From a virus: a stretch of DNA of 64,000 nt. How positions within the stretch are numbered: position 1 is the first letter of the stretch; the number at the start of each line of letters is the position of its first letter. Made by a program: the position numbers and the translations under genes. The notes beneath the pieces were generated by a model, which ran no database searches, had not been told where the DNA came from, and worked only from the letters and a program-made list of their open reading frames with translations. The stretch covers positions 52,457-116,456 of IMG/VR virus record IMGVR_UViG_3300028581_002181; one strand, given 5' to 3'. Shown here one piece after another: positions 44,888 to 54,712 of this stretch.

Positions 44888-47134
44888 TTATGCTGTGTGA
44901 GTGCTCAAAGACTCCGAGGATTCCAACACTATCTTACTGTCTTTGGCATTGATGGTCACTTTGCCACCGTTTTTAAGTTTGCCAAACAACAGTTCTTTGG
45001 CCATGGGAGTTTTGATCTCTTGATCTATTAATCTCTGCATGGGTCTTGCTCCCATTTTGGGATCAAAGCCTTTGTCCACTAGATAATCTATGGCTTCATC
45101 AGTCACAGTGACTTGTATTTTTTTCTCCACTAGATATGTTTTCAAATCAGTGAGGAATTTGCCCACAATTTTTATCATGGTGGGTTTGCTTAATTTTTTA
45201 AATGTGATCACTCCATCCAACCTGTTTCTAAATTCTGGAGTAAAAAACTTCCTAAATGCTGTGTCGGAATATCCCTCATCCATGGGATCTCCAAAACCTA
45301 TGCTGCCTTTTTCTGACTGTTCTGCTCCCAAATTGGTGGTCAATATCAGTGTTAAATTTTTACAATCTGCCACTTTGCCATTGCTGCCGCTCACTGTGCC
45401 TTCATCCATGATCTGCAACAGTATTTGACTCACATCAGGATGTGCTTTTTCTATCTCATCCAACAACAACACACAGTTGGGAGATTCCTGTATTTTAGTA
45501 ATTAATAATCCGGCATTTTCTTCGTAGCCCACATAACCCGGAGGTGATCCTATCAGTTTGCTGATGCTGTGTTTTTCTTGATATTCACTCATGTCAAATC
45601 TAACCATCTTCACACCAAGATGCTTGCTCAACTGTTTGGCAGTTTCTGTTTTACCACAACCAGTCGGTCCCATGAATATGAAAGATCCTATGGGTTTGTT
45701 CTCACGTTTTAATCCTGCCTGTGCAATCAGTACCTTGTCCACAATGTTGGTGATAGCCTCATCCTGATCATACACTTCTGCTTTCATGTTCTTCTCCAAA
45801 CTGGCTAGATTGCTGGATTCTCTCTGCTGTATGGTCTCCACTGGTATGGTGATGATCTTGCTGAGTTCGTATTCTATCTCCGCAGAGTCTATGATGCGTG
45901 TGTCTTTGGGAGCAATGTTGAATCTGCTGCCTGCTAAATCTATTAGATCAATGGCCTTGTCAGGCAATTTTTTATCTGTTTGATATTTGCAACTCAGCTT
46001 CACTGCTGTTTCAATGGCAGCATCAGTGATCTGTGCGCGGTGATAATTTTCATAGTATTTCTTCAGACCTTTAAGGATGTCTATGGTCACTGCTTGTGTG
46101 GGTTCATCCACAGTGATTCTTTGGAATCTACGCATGAGAGCACGATCTTTTTCAAAGTATTTTCTGTATTCTTCCCAAGTGGTACTGGCCACCACTTTTA
46201 GTGTGCCTTTGGTCAGCACTGGTTTTAATAGATTGGCCAAGTCATTGGATCCTTTGTCTCCACCACCTGCTCCTGCTCCACTGATGTTGTGTGCTTCATC
46301 TATGAACACAATGGTTTTGCCTTTTTTCTTCAAGGCTTGTAGTACCATTTTGAATCGCTCTTCAAAGTCTCCTCTGTATTTGCTGCCCGCCAACATGGCA
46401 CCTATGTCCAAGTTGTACACTTGATATTCTTTTAAAAATTCTGGCACTTTGTTGGTCACAATGTTCAATGCCAATCCTTCTGCTATGGCAGTTTTACCCA
46501 CTCCTGGGTCACCCACTAGGATCACATTGTTCTTCATTCTTCTTCCCAAAGCCAATGCAATTTGATCCAACTCAGCGTGACGACCTATCACTGGATCTAT
46601 CTTGTCTTTTTTAGCTTCAGCATTTAAATTAGTGGTGTAAAGATTCAATGCTCTCTGTGTGACCGATGCATTTTCTTCCACTCCAAAGTCTGTTTCCATC
46701 TCAGAGTTTAAAAAATCAGCAAATTTTTCCTTGTCAATGTTGGCTTTGGCCACAAAGAAATAACTGTGACTTTTCTTTTCACTCATCATGCTCAAAAACA
46801 CATCAGTCAATTCTATCTGTTGACGACCACTGAACAGTGTCTGTGTGAATGCTCTATTGAGTACTCTTTCCACACTCACAGTCTTTTTGGGTTTGTATTT
46901 GGCAGGAGGGCTCACCAACTCTATCTCTTTGAGTCTTTCTTTGAGATATGTTTCAAGATTTTTCTTCAATGTTTCTGCGTCGGCTCCGAAATCTGTGATG
47001 GTCTTGATGAATTTGTCATAGCACAGCATGGCAAACAGCAGGTGTTCCACTGTGACATATTCATGTTTGAGCTTGGCAGCGTCTTCCACTGCTTTGTCAA
47101 ATATTCTCTGTAGTTCGTCGCTGGGTTCTACCAT
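44888..47134 (-). CDS. clpA: ClpA-like Hsp100 ATPase
   Basis: Clp N-domain ([10 protein letters not shown]), [24 protein letters not shown], and the IGF ClpP-docking loop. Confidence 0.92.
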   Translation of the reverse strand: MVEPSDELQRIFDKAVEDAAKLKHEYVTVEHLLFAMLCYDKFIKTITDFGADAETLKKNLETYLKERLKEIELVSPPAKYKPKKTVSVERVLNRAFTQTLFSGRQQIELTDVFLSMMSEKKSHSYFFVAKANIDKEKFADFLNSEMETDFGVEENASVTQRALNLYTTNLNAEAKKDKIDPVIGRHAELDQIALALGRRMKNNVILVGDPGVGKTAIAEGLALNIVTNKVPEFLKEYQVYNLDIGAMLAGSKYRGDFEERFKMVLQALKKKGKTIVFIDEAHNISGAGAGGGDKGSNDLANLLKPVLTKGTLKVVASTTWEEYRKYFEKDRALMRRFQRITVDEPTQAVTIDILKGLKKYYENYHRAQITDAAIETAVKLSCKYQTDKKLPDKAIDLIDLAGSRFNIAPKDTRIIDSAEIEYELSKIITIPVETIQQRESSNLASLEKNMKAEVYDQDEAITNIVDKVLIAQAGLKRENKPIGSFIFMGPTGCGKTETAKQLSKHLGVKMVRFDMSEYQEKHSISKLIGSPPGYVGYEENAGLLITKIQESPNCVLLLDEIEKAHPDVSQILLQIMDEGTVSGSNGKVADCKNLTLILTTNLGAEQSEKGSIGFGDPMDEGYSDTAFRKFFTPEFRNRLDGVITFKKLSKPTMIKIVGKFLTDLKTYLVEKKIQVTVTDEAIDYLVDKGFDPKMGARPMQRLIDQEIKTPMAKELLFGKLKNGGKVTINAKDSKIVLESSESLSTHTA

Positions 47135-47135
47135 A

Positions 47136-47630
47136 TTAATTCAATAATTTTTGTTGTTTCTTACGGGCTATCTCCAGTTTCACTTTGCTGACTCTGTCGA
47201 TAAAGTTGATTCCATACAAATGATCAAATTCATGTAAAAAAATTCTAGCATCCATTTCAGTTAATTTAATTATACATTCTTTCTGTTCACTGTCAAGATA
47301 TTTAACCACTATGGTGTGAGGCCTACTGATTTTAAGATACAGTTTTGGAAAACTGAGGCAGCCTTCCTCCAGCAAAACTAAATCCGTGGTGGCTTCCTGT
47401 ATGATTGGATTGATCACAGCAAATGGCTTGGTTTTGCCTTGGATATTCTGAGGTTGCATCACAAATATTTTGGCATCTAATTCCACTTGATTGGCTGCCA
47501 GTCCTATGCCTTTTTCCACAATCATGGTGTGAATCATGTCCTGTTCGATTTTAACAGCATCCATATTACTGAAATCGAAATCTTTCACTGTGCGATCCAA
47601 CCATGGGTTGGGGTGTTTAATCAAGTTCAT
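47136..47630 (-). CDS. def: Peptide deformylase
   Basis: GIGLAANQ, EGCLS, HEFDH. Confidence 0.95.
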   Translation of the reverse strand: MNLIKHPNPWLDRTVKDFDFSNMDAVKIEQDMIHTMIVEKGIGLAANQVELDAKIFVMQPQNIQGKTKPFAVINPIIQEATTDLVLLEEGCLSFPKLYLKISRPHTIVVKYLDSEQKECIIKLTEMDARIFLHEFDHLYGINFIDRVSKVKLEIARKKQQKLLN

Positions 47631-48468
47631 CTCGTAAATTTTTTATTTTTTGCAATAGTGCAGCATCTTCCACTCTGGGAGTGTCTGACACCACAGTGAT
47701 GTATAGATTACCGCGCTGACGAGCATTGTGTACATGAGGTAAACCTTCACCAGTGATATTGAACACAGTGCCGTGCTGTGTGCCTTTGGGTATGCTGACT
47801 GAAAGATTTTTGCCTGACAGAGTGCGTATTTCTTTCTTAGTGCCCAAGATTAGATCAAACACATTCACCTTAATTTTGCTGTGCAAATGTATGCCATCTC
47901 GTTCCCAGGTTTTGTGTCTTAAAATCTTAATTCTCACAATGAGATCACCGCGTGGAGCATTGCTGATAGAGTCACTGCCTAATCCAGCAAATCTGATCAT
48001 GTTGTTGTGTTCCACTCCAGGCGGAATATCTATGTTCACACTTTCCTGTCGACCATTGGGTAATCTGTAGCTGGCAATGAGAGATTTGCCATTATGAACA
48101 TCTTCCAACTCCAGTGTGGCTTCTATATTGATGTCCTGATTGCGAGGATTGGATCTGAATGTGCTGGCTCTTTGAAATGGTCCTCCACCACCTCCAAAGA
48201 AATTGTTGAATATGTCATTGATGTCACCATTAAAATTATAAGTGAAATTGTCACCCCCTTGACGATGCATGTCGGTGGTGCCATATCTATCATAGGCAGC
48301 CTTTTTTTGAGGATCTTTCAGTATGTCGTATGCTTCGTTTAATTCTTTGAATTTGTTTTCATCACCACCTCTGTCAGGATGATGTTTCATGGCCTTGCTC
48401 TTGTAGGCTTTTTTCAAATCGTTTTCATTGGTATTGCGATCAACACCTAAAACTTTGTAAGGATCCAT
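47617..48468 (-). CDS. dnaJ: DnaJ/CbpA-type co-chaperone without Zn finger
   Basis: J-domain with HPD, G/F linker, C-terminal DnaJ domain. Confidence 0.92.
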   Translation of the reverse strand: MDPYKVLGVDRNTNENDLKKAYKSKAMKHHPDRGGDENKFKELNEAYDILKDPQKKAAYDRYGTTDMHRQGGDNFTYNFNGDINDIFNNFFGGGGGPFQRASTFRSNPRNQDINIEATLELEDVHNGKSLIASYRLPNGRQESVNIDIPPGVEHNNMIRFAGLGSDSISNAPRGDLIVRIKILRHKTWERDGIHLHSKIKVNVFDLILGTKKEIRTLSGKNLSVSIPKGTQHGTVFNITGEGLPHVHNARQRGNLYITVVSDTPRVEDAALLQKIKNLRDELD

Positions 48469-48473
48469 ATGTT

Positions 48474-48503
48474 ATAATATAGTGGTTTTCTGTCAAAAGT
48501 CAA
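48474..48503 (-). promoter_or_regulatory. Sigma70-type promoter
   Basis: TTGACT-18-TATTAT with a nested TTGACA, 5 nt before the dnaJ ATG. Confidence 0.5.
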
Positions 48504-48515
48504 GTGATAGAAATT

Positions 48516-48932
48516 TTATTTTTCTTTAAGGATGTATTTGATAGGATATTCGGCTTTGACTTTGACTCTTTTTTTGCTGTCACTGTCTTCGTACTGTATC
48601 ATATTGGGTGCCAATTCCACAAAATCATCCACCTGTACCATATTTTGAACTCCATCGTGCCAGTAGGTCAGCTCAGCTGGAACTTTTCTAAATATAGCAG
48701 CAATACTGTCATACAGCCAATAGATGAATTTCCAAGTGATTAATACAATCTTCTTTGCTATCTGATAGGCATATTTGATGGCTGTGATTATTAACTTCAC
48801 TGCGTGAGTGATCTTGGCAAACACCATGGCTGAATGTTGAGCAGAGTTAGAAAAAAAAGTTTTACTTTTTATCGCTGCTGTTTGGAGCCACTGAGTCGTT
48901 TGTGCTGCTATCTTTTTTAGTTGTTCCTTCAT
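48516..48932 (-). CDS. Hypothetical protein with a hydrophobic/basic helix
   Basis: 138 aa ORF; start uncertain. Confidence 0.55.
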   Translation of the reverse strand: MKEQLKKIAAQTTQWLQTAAIKSKTFFSNSAQHSAMVFAKITHAVKLIITAIKYAYQIAKKIVLITWKFIYWLYDSIAAIFRKVPAELTYWHDGVQNMVQVDDFVELAPNMIQYEDSDSKKRVKVKAEYPIKYILKEK

Positions 48933-49266
48933 AATATTCTTTGTAACGATCCAATATGTCTTGGGTCTGTTTTAATGTGCTGCGAATTTGTGCAAAATTT
49001 TTGGCCAACAATTCATAGTCTTCATCACTCAGTCCAAACAGCACAGGATCCAATCCTTCTGCCTTCATTTTGGCAAACACTTCTTGAGCATTATTGCTGG
49101 TGATCACAATCCATCTCAGCTTCTCCATCTCTTCCAATGTGGGAGTTTTAAGATTCAATTTCTCTCGGCTTTGTTCTTGTGTGAGCACTTTAATCACCTT
49201 TTCACCCACTAGGCTGCAATTGGTAAGAAATAAACTCAATACTATGCCTAATACAAATTTACTCAT
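48862..49266 (-). CDS. Lipoprotein, putative o-spanin (Rz1-like)
   Basis: Signal peptide with LTNC lipobox; follows the i-spanin-like gene. Confidence 0.6.
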   Translation of the reverse strand: MSKFVLGIVLSLFLTNCSLVGEKVIKVLTQEQSREKLNLKTPTLEEMEKLRWIVITSNNAQEVFAKMKAEGLDPVLFGLSDEDYELLAKNFAQIRSTLKQTQDILDRYKEYYEGTTKKDSSTNDSVAPNSSDKK

Positions 49267-49744
49267 TGTATGGTTTATAGTTAGGGTTGGCTATGGCCGG
49301 ACACTCGGAATTGATCTCTGATTTCTTAGTGGCTGTTTTTTCTGCTTCAGTGAGTTTGGCACCACCTGCGATCTCCACACATCTCAATGCTTTGTCTGAT
49401 GCTTTGTTGACAATTCTTTCCATGGCATCAGGTCTTTCAATTGCTGTCTTGCCTAGGTCACGTGTGCCCTTGTTGAATCTTTTATCCAAATCATCGATGT
49501 CCTTTTTCAGGTTGCCCACCAACTTGTTCACTTCTTGATTGGCTTTGAGTATGGCTTCGAAGTCTTTCTTTTGCTGTTCAATAAATTTGGTCTGTGTTTC
49601 CAAGGCTTGTTCCATCTTGACTTGATTGCCTTTGAGTATGGCATTATCGCCTCTCAGTTTCAACACATAGGCACCAGCACCTGCCACGCCCAGCAGCATT
49701 ATGATGGTGAATACCATTTTTACCTGTCCGAATAGTCCAAACAT
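49259..49744 (-). CDS. Putative i-spanin (Rz-like)
   Basis: N-terminal TM helix, long coiled coil, C-terminal Cys pair. Confidence 0.6.
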   Translation of the reverse strand: MFGLFGQVKMVFTIIMLLGVAGAGAYVLKLRGDNAILKGNQVKMEQALETQTKFIEQQKKDFEAILKANQEVNKLVGNLKKDIDDLDKRFNKGTRDLGKTAIERPDAMERIVNKASDKALRCVEIAGGAKLTEAEKTATKKSEINSECPAIANPNYKPYNE

Positions 49745-49745
49745 A

Positions 49746-50456
49746 TTATTTTTCCAGTATTACGCAGTGACGATTGTTTTCAAGCACATATTTTGTGCCG
49801 TAGATACTTATATTATAGTCGCCTAGATACTTGGTAAGATAGAGCACTTCAGGAAAGCTGTTGGCACTGTAGGATTCTGTGATCTGTTTCAGTTTGTCCA
49901 CAGTAACACCGTGATCCACAAATTTAAAATGCAAAGGTTCAGCATATTTTTTGCTGAATGTGATTGTGTTGTCTTCCATGATCACTTCATCCACATAACT
50001 GTTGGCAAAGAAATTTTTGTAATTTTCCATGGCAGTTTCATTTTTGCGTATGCTGTACTCATTGCCGTCTTTGGGCACAATGGTTTCCAGTGTGGTTTGA
50101 TCTGCAGGCTGACTTCTAAAATTTTTGTAGTATCTAAATTTGAATTCTTTGATGTCAGCCACTTTTTTAATACCATCCAGTATTTCTGTGATCTGTTTGC
50201 TCGCGTGTCTGTTGCGTTCCATTTCCACAAATACTCTGTAATAACCATCTGACTGTTCACCGCTGGTTTTGTCTGCGTCCAGCACAAATTCATAACCTTT
50301 TTCAATAAAGTTAACAAGGTCTTCTGCTGCCTGCATGGGTTTGACTCTGAAACTCAATACCACTATCTTTTCATCTGTGCCCATTTTGGATTGATAGGAA
50401 TCCACTTCAAAAATATGATCCACACAGTATTTTAAATCATGTTTGTTCAATGACAT
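49746..50456 (-). CDS. Hypothetical phage protein
   Basis: 236 aa ORF in a tight pack. Confidence 0.75.
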   Translation of the reverse strand: MSLNKHDLKYCVDHIFEVDSYQSKMGTDEKIVVLSFRVKPMQAAEDLVNFIEKGYEFVLDADKTSGEQSDGYYRVFVEMERNRHASKQITEILDGIKKVADIKEFKFRYYKNFRSQPADQTTLETIVPKDGNEYSIRKNETAMENYKNFFANSYVDEVIMEDNTITFSKKYAEPLHFKFVDHGVTVDKLKQITESYSANSFPEVLYLTKYLGDYNISIYGTKYVLENNRHCVILEK

Positions 50457-50457
50457 T

Positions 50458-50967
50458 TTATGTTTCTGGAGTTATGGGTTGAGTTTGATCCACAGGTTGA
50501 ATGTCCTGCACTGGAGTGTCTTTGACTGGTTCATTGCTGTAATTCATTTGATTCTGCATGCCGTCATAGATATTTTTCATGAGATTGATGGGCATGGTGA
50601 TTTCCACTATCCAAATGGGCATGGTATCCAGTTTGCCTTTTTTGGTGCCTGGTCTCACATCATCTGGTTCCACAATTTTTCTAGGTGCAATCAATTGGTC
50701 TTTTTTGTAGGTGACCTTACAGTCATAGTCCAACAATCTTTTGCCACCCATGGGGTCTGGCATCTGTTTCAAAGGCCACATGAATTTGCATGACACATAG
50801 TGTTTGGTCATGATGGGTCCTTCGATCAATTCACCATCCTGCCAGTTGTCATACACATATAGATCCAATTCATCCAGCACTCTTTCAAAATCTTTGATGA
50901 TGGCAAATGCATTGTCATTGCCATATATGGTCTCTATGTTTTTTAAAATATCTGCTGTGTCGTGCAT
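50458..50967 (-). CDS. Hypothetical phage protein
   Basis: 169 aa ORF; TAAATA at 50986-50991. Confidence 0.75.
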   Translation of the reverse strand: MHDTADILKNIETIYGNDNAFAIIKDFERVLDELDLYVYDNWQDGELIEGPIMTKHYVSCKFMWPLKQMPDPMGGKRLLDYDCKVTYKKDQLIAPRKIVEPDDVRPGTKKGKLDTMPIWIVEITMPINLMKNIYDGMQNQMNYSNEPVKDTPVQDIQPVDQTQPITPET

Positions 50968-51039
50968 AATTGTATGTATCCAGTGTATTTAGCCATAGAG
51001 TGGCTGATAACATGCTAGTTTTATAGACAGTTAATCACC

Positions 51040-51046
51040 ATAAATA
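51040..51046 (+). promoter_or_regulatory. Late promoter core ATAAATA
   Basis: Upstream of phoH, divergent from the motif at 50986-50991. Confidence 0.5.
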
Positions 51047-51077
51047 CTTGTACATTACCACGAACCAAGGAGCGTCG

Positions 51078-51800
51078 ATGGGATCAAAAAGAAACGCTTT
51101 TCGCAAGCGATCTAAACACAATAATGTACTGCAAATCAATCAATATCAAATAGAAAAACAAAAAGATGTCCAAATAATTCCCCGCAACAAGAATCAAGAG
51201 TCCTACCTAATTAAACTGTTAGACCCCAGCAAAGACATTGTATTCGGTGTGGGACCTGCAGGCACGGGCAAAACCTTGCTGGCAGTTCAAGTGGCCATCA
51301 AAATGTTCAAAGAAAGACAGGTGGATCGCATCATCATCACCAGACCAGCAGTGAGTGTGGATGAAGACATTGGATTTTTGCCTGGCACATTGGAAGAAAA
51401 AATGGCACCTTGGACACGCCCTATATTTGATGTGTTTCAAGAATATTTTAGAACACAGGATCTAAAAAATATGATGTATGAAGGTGTGATTGAAATAGCA
51501 CCATTGGCATTCATGCGAGGAAGAAACTTTATACGAGCATTCATAGTGGCAGATGAGTGTCAAAATACCACCCACAGTCAAATGAAAATGTTGCTCACAC
51601 GTTTGAGCGCAGGATCCAAAATGGCTGTGACAGGTGATTTGAATCAAGCAGATAGACAGCACGACAATGGACTGTTGGATTTTATTGAAAAATTAAATAA
51701 AAAAGACAAGGCTCAACGCATTGATATGGTGAGTTTTCACAAAAGAGACATTGAACGTCATCCTGCTGTGCGAGAAGTGTTGGATATCTACGGAGATTAA
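51078..51800 (+). CDS. phoH: PhoH-family ATPase (start re-assigned to MGSKR)
   Basis: GPAGTGKT, TRPAV, GFLPG, RGR, DECQN, TGD..Q.D, ERH; AAGGAG SD at 51067-51072. Confidence 0.95.
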   Translation: MGSKRNAFRKRSKHNNVLQINQYQIEKQKDVQIIPRNKNQESYLIKLLDPSKDIVFGVGPAGTGKTLLAVQVAIKMFKERQVDRIIITRPAVSVDEDIGFLPGTLEEKMAPWTRPIFDVFQEYFRTQDLKNMMYEGVIEIAPLAFMRGRNFIRAFIVADECQNTTHSQMKMLLTRLSAGSKMAVTGDLNQADRQHDNGLLDFIEKLNKKDKAQRIDMVSFHKRDIERHPAVREVLDIYGD

Positions 51801-52108
51801 TTTTTTCGGATAATGTGATATCCGTACACAGTGGGACAAACTCCGCTGACTTCACCCACTTGCAATGTGTCGATGAAAGCAACAAAATCTTGATCCATTG
51901 TGCTGGGCTTGAATGTGCCTAAATTTCCTTGATTCTGTTTGCTGGGGCAATCACTGTATTTCACAGCAGCATCTTCAAATGTGATCACGCCTTGAGCAAT
52001 TTCATTTCTTATTCTCACAGCTTCAAAAAGAGCCTCTTCTTGAATTTTAGTGCCTGTGTATCTAGTGGCTCCTTGATAACTGATCAATATGTGACTGGCT
52101 CTGTACAT
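51797..52108 (-). CDS. ppiC: Parvulin-type peptidyl-prolyl isomerase
   Basis: RASHILI, YSDCPS, GNLG.F, M...F, T.YGYHII. Confidence 0.9.
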   Translation of the reverse strand: MYRASHILISYQGATRYTGTKIQEEALFEAVRIRNEIAQGVITFEDAAVKYSDCPSKQNQGNLGTFKPSTMDQDFVAFIDTLQVGEVSGVCPTVYGYHIIRKN

Positions 52109-52109
52109 G

Positions 52110-53027
52110 TTATTCCATATGAGAAAGTTTGATCATGGTGGCTGAAAGATTAATTTCAGGATCAGAGATCAATGTATGATCCACCAGACCTTGTTTGATG
52201 ATTTGAATGGCTTTTTCTTGACGTGCTTCATTTCCAAACAGTGTGATATTATTATACATCCATTTAAAAATATCTTCCACTTCATCAGGTCTCACTTGAC
52301 TGCACACCAATTTCCTTGCTTCAGTGATCTTGCCCGCTTTGAACAACTCAACCATTTGTAACTTGTAATCTGATTCGCCCATGTCACTCTTTTCAGGCTT
52401 CAGCAACACGCCATTCTGTGCATTCATTTGCACCATGTTGATGCACTTTCTAAGATCTGGATATGTGGCTTTGACATAAGTGTCCAATGTTTCTAAATCT
52501 GGAGTTATGCCTTCTTGCATTAATATTTCAGCCACTCTGGCTGTGAATTCTGTTTGATCCACACGTTCAATGTGGAATCCTTGACATCTGCTGTGCAGTG
52601 CTGGGATCACTCTGTTGGGATAGTTGCAGGTCAGTATGAATCTTGATGTGGTATGATATTCTTCCATTACCCCACGCAGTGCTGCCTGTGCATTGGGTGA
52701 TAGATAGTCTGCCTCATCCAACAGCACCACTTTGAAATCACCAAATGGAATCATCTGTACAAAATTAACAATTTTGGCTCTCACATCATCCACAGAGTTG
52801 GTTCTGCTGGCATTGATTTCCAACACATCTAAATCATTCACTTGCAATTCATTCAGCAGTATTTTGGCCAATGTGGTTTTGCCTATGCCAGCATTGCCGC
52901 TGAACAACAAATGAGGAATGCTTTTGTCTTTTACCCAAGTTTGGATCTGTTTTTTTTGATGTTCATCTCTAAACACATATTGATCCAGTGTGCGAGGTCT
53001 ATACTTTTCTGTCCAAAGTTCTTTCAT
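52110..53027 (-). CDS. Clamp loader ATPase subunit (gp44/RFC-like)
   Basis: WTEKYRP, GNAGIGKT, INAS, LLDEAD, TCN, HSRC. Confidence 0.92.
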   Translation of the reverse strand: MKELWTEKYRPRTLDQYVFRDEHQKKQIQTWVKDKSIPHLLFSGNAGIGKTTLAKILLNELQVNDLDVLEINASRTNSVDDVRAKIVNFVQMIPFGDFKVVLLDEADYLSPNAQAALRGVMEEYHTTSRFILTCNYPNRVIPALHSRCQGFHIERVDQTEFTARVAEILMQEGITPDLETLDTYVKATYPDLRKCINMVQMNAQNGVLLKPEKSDMGESDYKLQMVELFKAGKITEARKLVCSQVRPDEVEDIFKWMYNNITLFGNEARQEKAIQIIKQGLVDHTLISDPEINLSATMIKLSHME

Positions 53028-53194
53028 CAGTTTCTTTTAATGTATTCTTGTCCTATGCCCGACATTATCAAAGGTATGTATATCAACGTCCACCACCAAC
53101 CCACAAGATGCCCCAATATGTGCAGTGTCATCAGTGTGATGCCCAACACAGCAGTGTTGTTTAATCCAGGACTTCTAGTTTCAGGAAATTTCAT
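53027..53194 (-). CDS. 55-aa two-helix membrane microprotein, absent from the ORF track
   Basis: Manual translation MKFPETRSPGLNNTAVLGITLMTLHILGHLVGWWWTLIYIPLIMSGIGQEYIKRN; its stop overlaps the clamp-loader ATG. Confidence 0.65.
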   Translation of the reverse strand: MKFPETRSPGLNNTAVLGITLMTLHILGHLVGWWWTLIYIPLIMSGIGQEYIKRN

Positions 53195-53200
53195 ACTGTC

Positions 53201-53229
53201 AGTATATGACAGATTGTGCGGAATGTCAA
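53201..53229 (-). promoter_or_regulatory. Sigma70-type promoter
   Basis: TTGACA-17-TATACT upstream of the microprotein/clamp-loader unit. Confidence 0.7.
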
Positions 53230-53234
53230 GTGTT

Positions 53235-53594
53235 TTACAGCTGACTTTCTTTGGCCACGTACCAATCTTCTGGTTTTTGTTTGGCCCACAGTAGCACGCT
53301 TTTGGCTTCCACCATTCTCACAGTGTTTTCTACACCATCAGTTTTGATTTTGGCACCTCTGGTCCATCTACCGTGTTCCACCAAGATCCAATCACCCACC
53401 ACATATTCATCTGTGTTGTCTCGGCCTTTGGCATACACTTTGGCCCATCTGGGTTTGATACCGTGCACCTTGCCATCATCTGCAGTGAGTATGATACCGC
53501 CTTTGGTCTTGAATGAATCAAAGCTCATATCGCTCACAATCACACGATCTTTGATCGGGATCAAGTCTCCTTCGAGAGTATGATATGAACTCAT
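53235..53594 (-). CDS. groES: GroES/Cpn10-like co-chaperonin
   Basis: LIPIKDRVIV, TKGGIILT, V..G, VGD.ILV. Confidence 0.8.
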   Translation of the reverse strand: MSSYHTLEGDLIPIKDRVIVSDMSFDSFKTKGGIILTADDGKVHGIKPRWAKVYAKGRDNTDEYVVGDWILVEHGRWTRGAKIKTDGVENTVRMVEAKSVLLWAKQKPEDWYVAKESQL

Positions 53595-53597
53595 AGT

Positions 53598-53897
53598 TTA
53601 TTTTTTCTTAGTGAAGTTTCCTTCAGCGTCTTCTGTCCACTCTTCGTTGGCAGTTTCTGCTGATGCCTTGGGTCTTTTAGTAGGCACAGTTTTAGGATGA
53701 TCTCTGTAATAATCAGCCAAAACTTCCTCACGTTTGCGAACAATTTTTCCACCAGGTCCCAATTCATCGCCTCGAGCATTCACTCTAGCATTGCCCACAG
53801 CTGGAGTCAGTTCGTTGCGTTGTCTCAACAGATCAATATCAACCTGTTTGCCCTGCATGGTACGGTATACTTTGTTACCACTCTGTTTGATAGCCAT
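53598..53897 (-). CDS. Hypothetical phage protein
   Basis: GGAG SD; ATAAATA at 53922-53928. Confidence 0.75.
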   Translation of the reverse strand: MAIKQSGNKVYRTMQGKQVDIDLLRQRNELTPAVGNARVNARGDELGPGGKIVRKREEVLADYYRDHPKTVPTKRPKASAETANEEWTEDAEGNFTKKK

Positions 53898-53924
53898 ATT
53901 TGTTGTCTCCTATTATGTATGTAT

Positions 53925-54440
53925 TTATCTAAGGAACTCTCTCCAGTCCAAGCCATATTGGATGGAATCTATCCTGTGTACACCCAGCAAATACAGCACA
54001 TAGGAGGCCACTGAACTGCCTCGGCCCACTCCCCATAACATATTGCTGGATCGCATGTTTTGCACCAAATAATGCAAAAACTTCAGCAGATTGAGATAAC
54101 CATGCTGTTTGAATGCTGCCAATTCTTCCTGCACTCTCTGTTCACAGCCCACAGGAGTGATGCTGATGATGTGTGATTCAATGTCAAAATTTTTGGCATC
54201 ATTGGGCATGAACCATTCAGATTGCAACAGTTGGTCAAACTCTTTCACATCCACCAGCATGGGTTGATATGTGTGCAAAGTTTCGCCCACTCCTGTGAGC
54301 TTCACTGATTGATTGTAAATTTCTATTTCTTTGTGTGGTTCAAATTGAAGATCCTGCAGCACTGCCAATCTATTTTGATAGATCAAATCGACAGCATCTT
54401 GATGATCGAATATGGGTAGTCCTAAACTGTCTGTTCGCAT
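53925..54440 (-). CDS. Truncated DnaE (Pol III alpha)-like protein lacking the catalytic aspartates
   Basis: EEL...WGVGRGSSVASYVLYLLGV..ID.I.Y.L..REFL, ending just before the PDxDxD motif of DnaE. Confidence 0.7.
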   Translation of the reverse strand: MRTDSLGLPIFDHQDAVDLIYQNRLAVLQDLQFEPHKEIEIYNQSVKLTGVGETLHTYQPMLVDVKEFDQLLQSEWFMPNDAKNFDIESHIISITPVGCEQRVQEELAAFKQHGYLNLLKFLHYLVQNMRSSNMLWGVGRGSSVASYVLYLLGVHRIDSIQYGLDWREFLR

Positions 54441-54461
54441 AACAAAGTATTATGCTGTATA

Positions 54462-54695
54462 TTAATCGATATTGATTAAATTGTCAAGATCTTTTCCGGT
54501 TTCTTTAGCCATTTTCAATTGTTCTGCTGCCAATCTCTGTTTGAGTTCTTGATTGTACACATCCACAAACACACCTATCTGCTGACGCAGTTCTGGATTA
54601 CGGCTTTGAAAATATTTTTTGCGCAGTTCAGATAATTTGGCTTCCAATTGAGCTATACTGTATTCTCCTAGATCTTCGGTGAGTGGATGGAACAT
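54462..54695 (-). CDS. Small coiled-coil protein (start MFHPL)
   Basis: GAGG SD upstream of ATG 54695. Confidence 0.6.
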   Translation of the reverse strand: MFHPLTEDLGEYSIAQLEAKLSELRKKYFQSRNPELRQQIGVFVDVYNQELKQRLAAEQLKMAKETGKDLDNLINID

Positions 54696-54712
54696 TGTAA
54701 ATTCCTCAACTA

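Noticed and set aside
53925-54440. Pseudogene call for the DnaE-like fragment
   Set aside because: The ORF is intact with a clean start and stop, and I saw no remnant of the missing DnaE part downstream.
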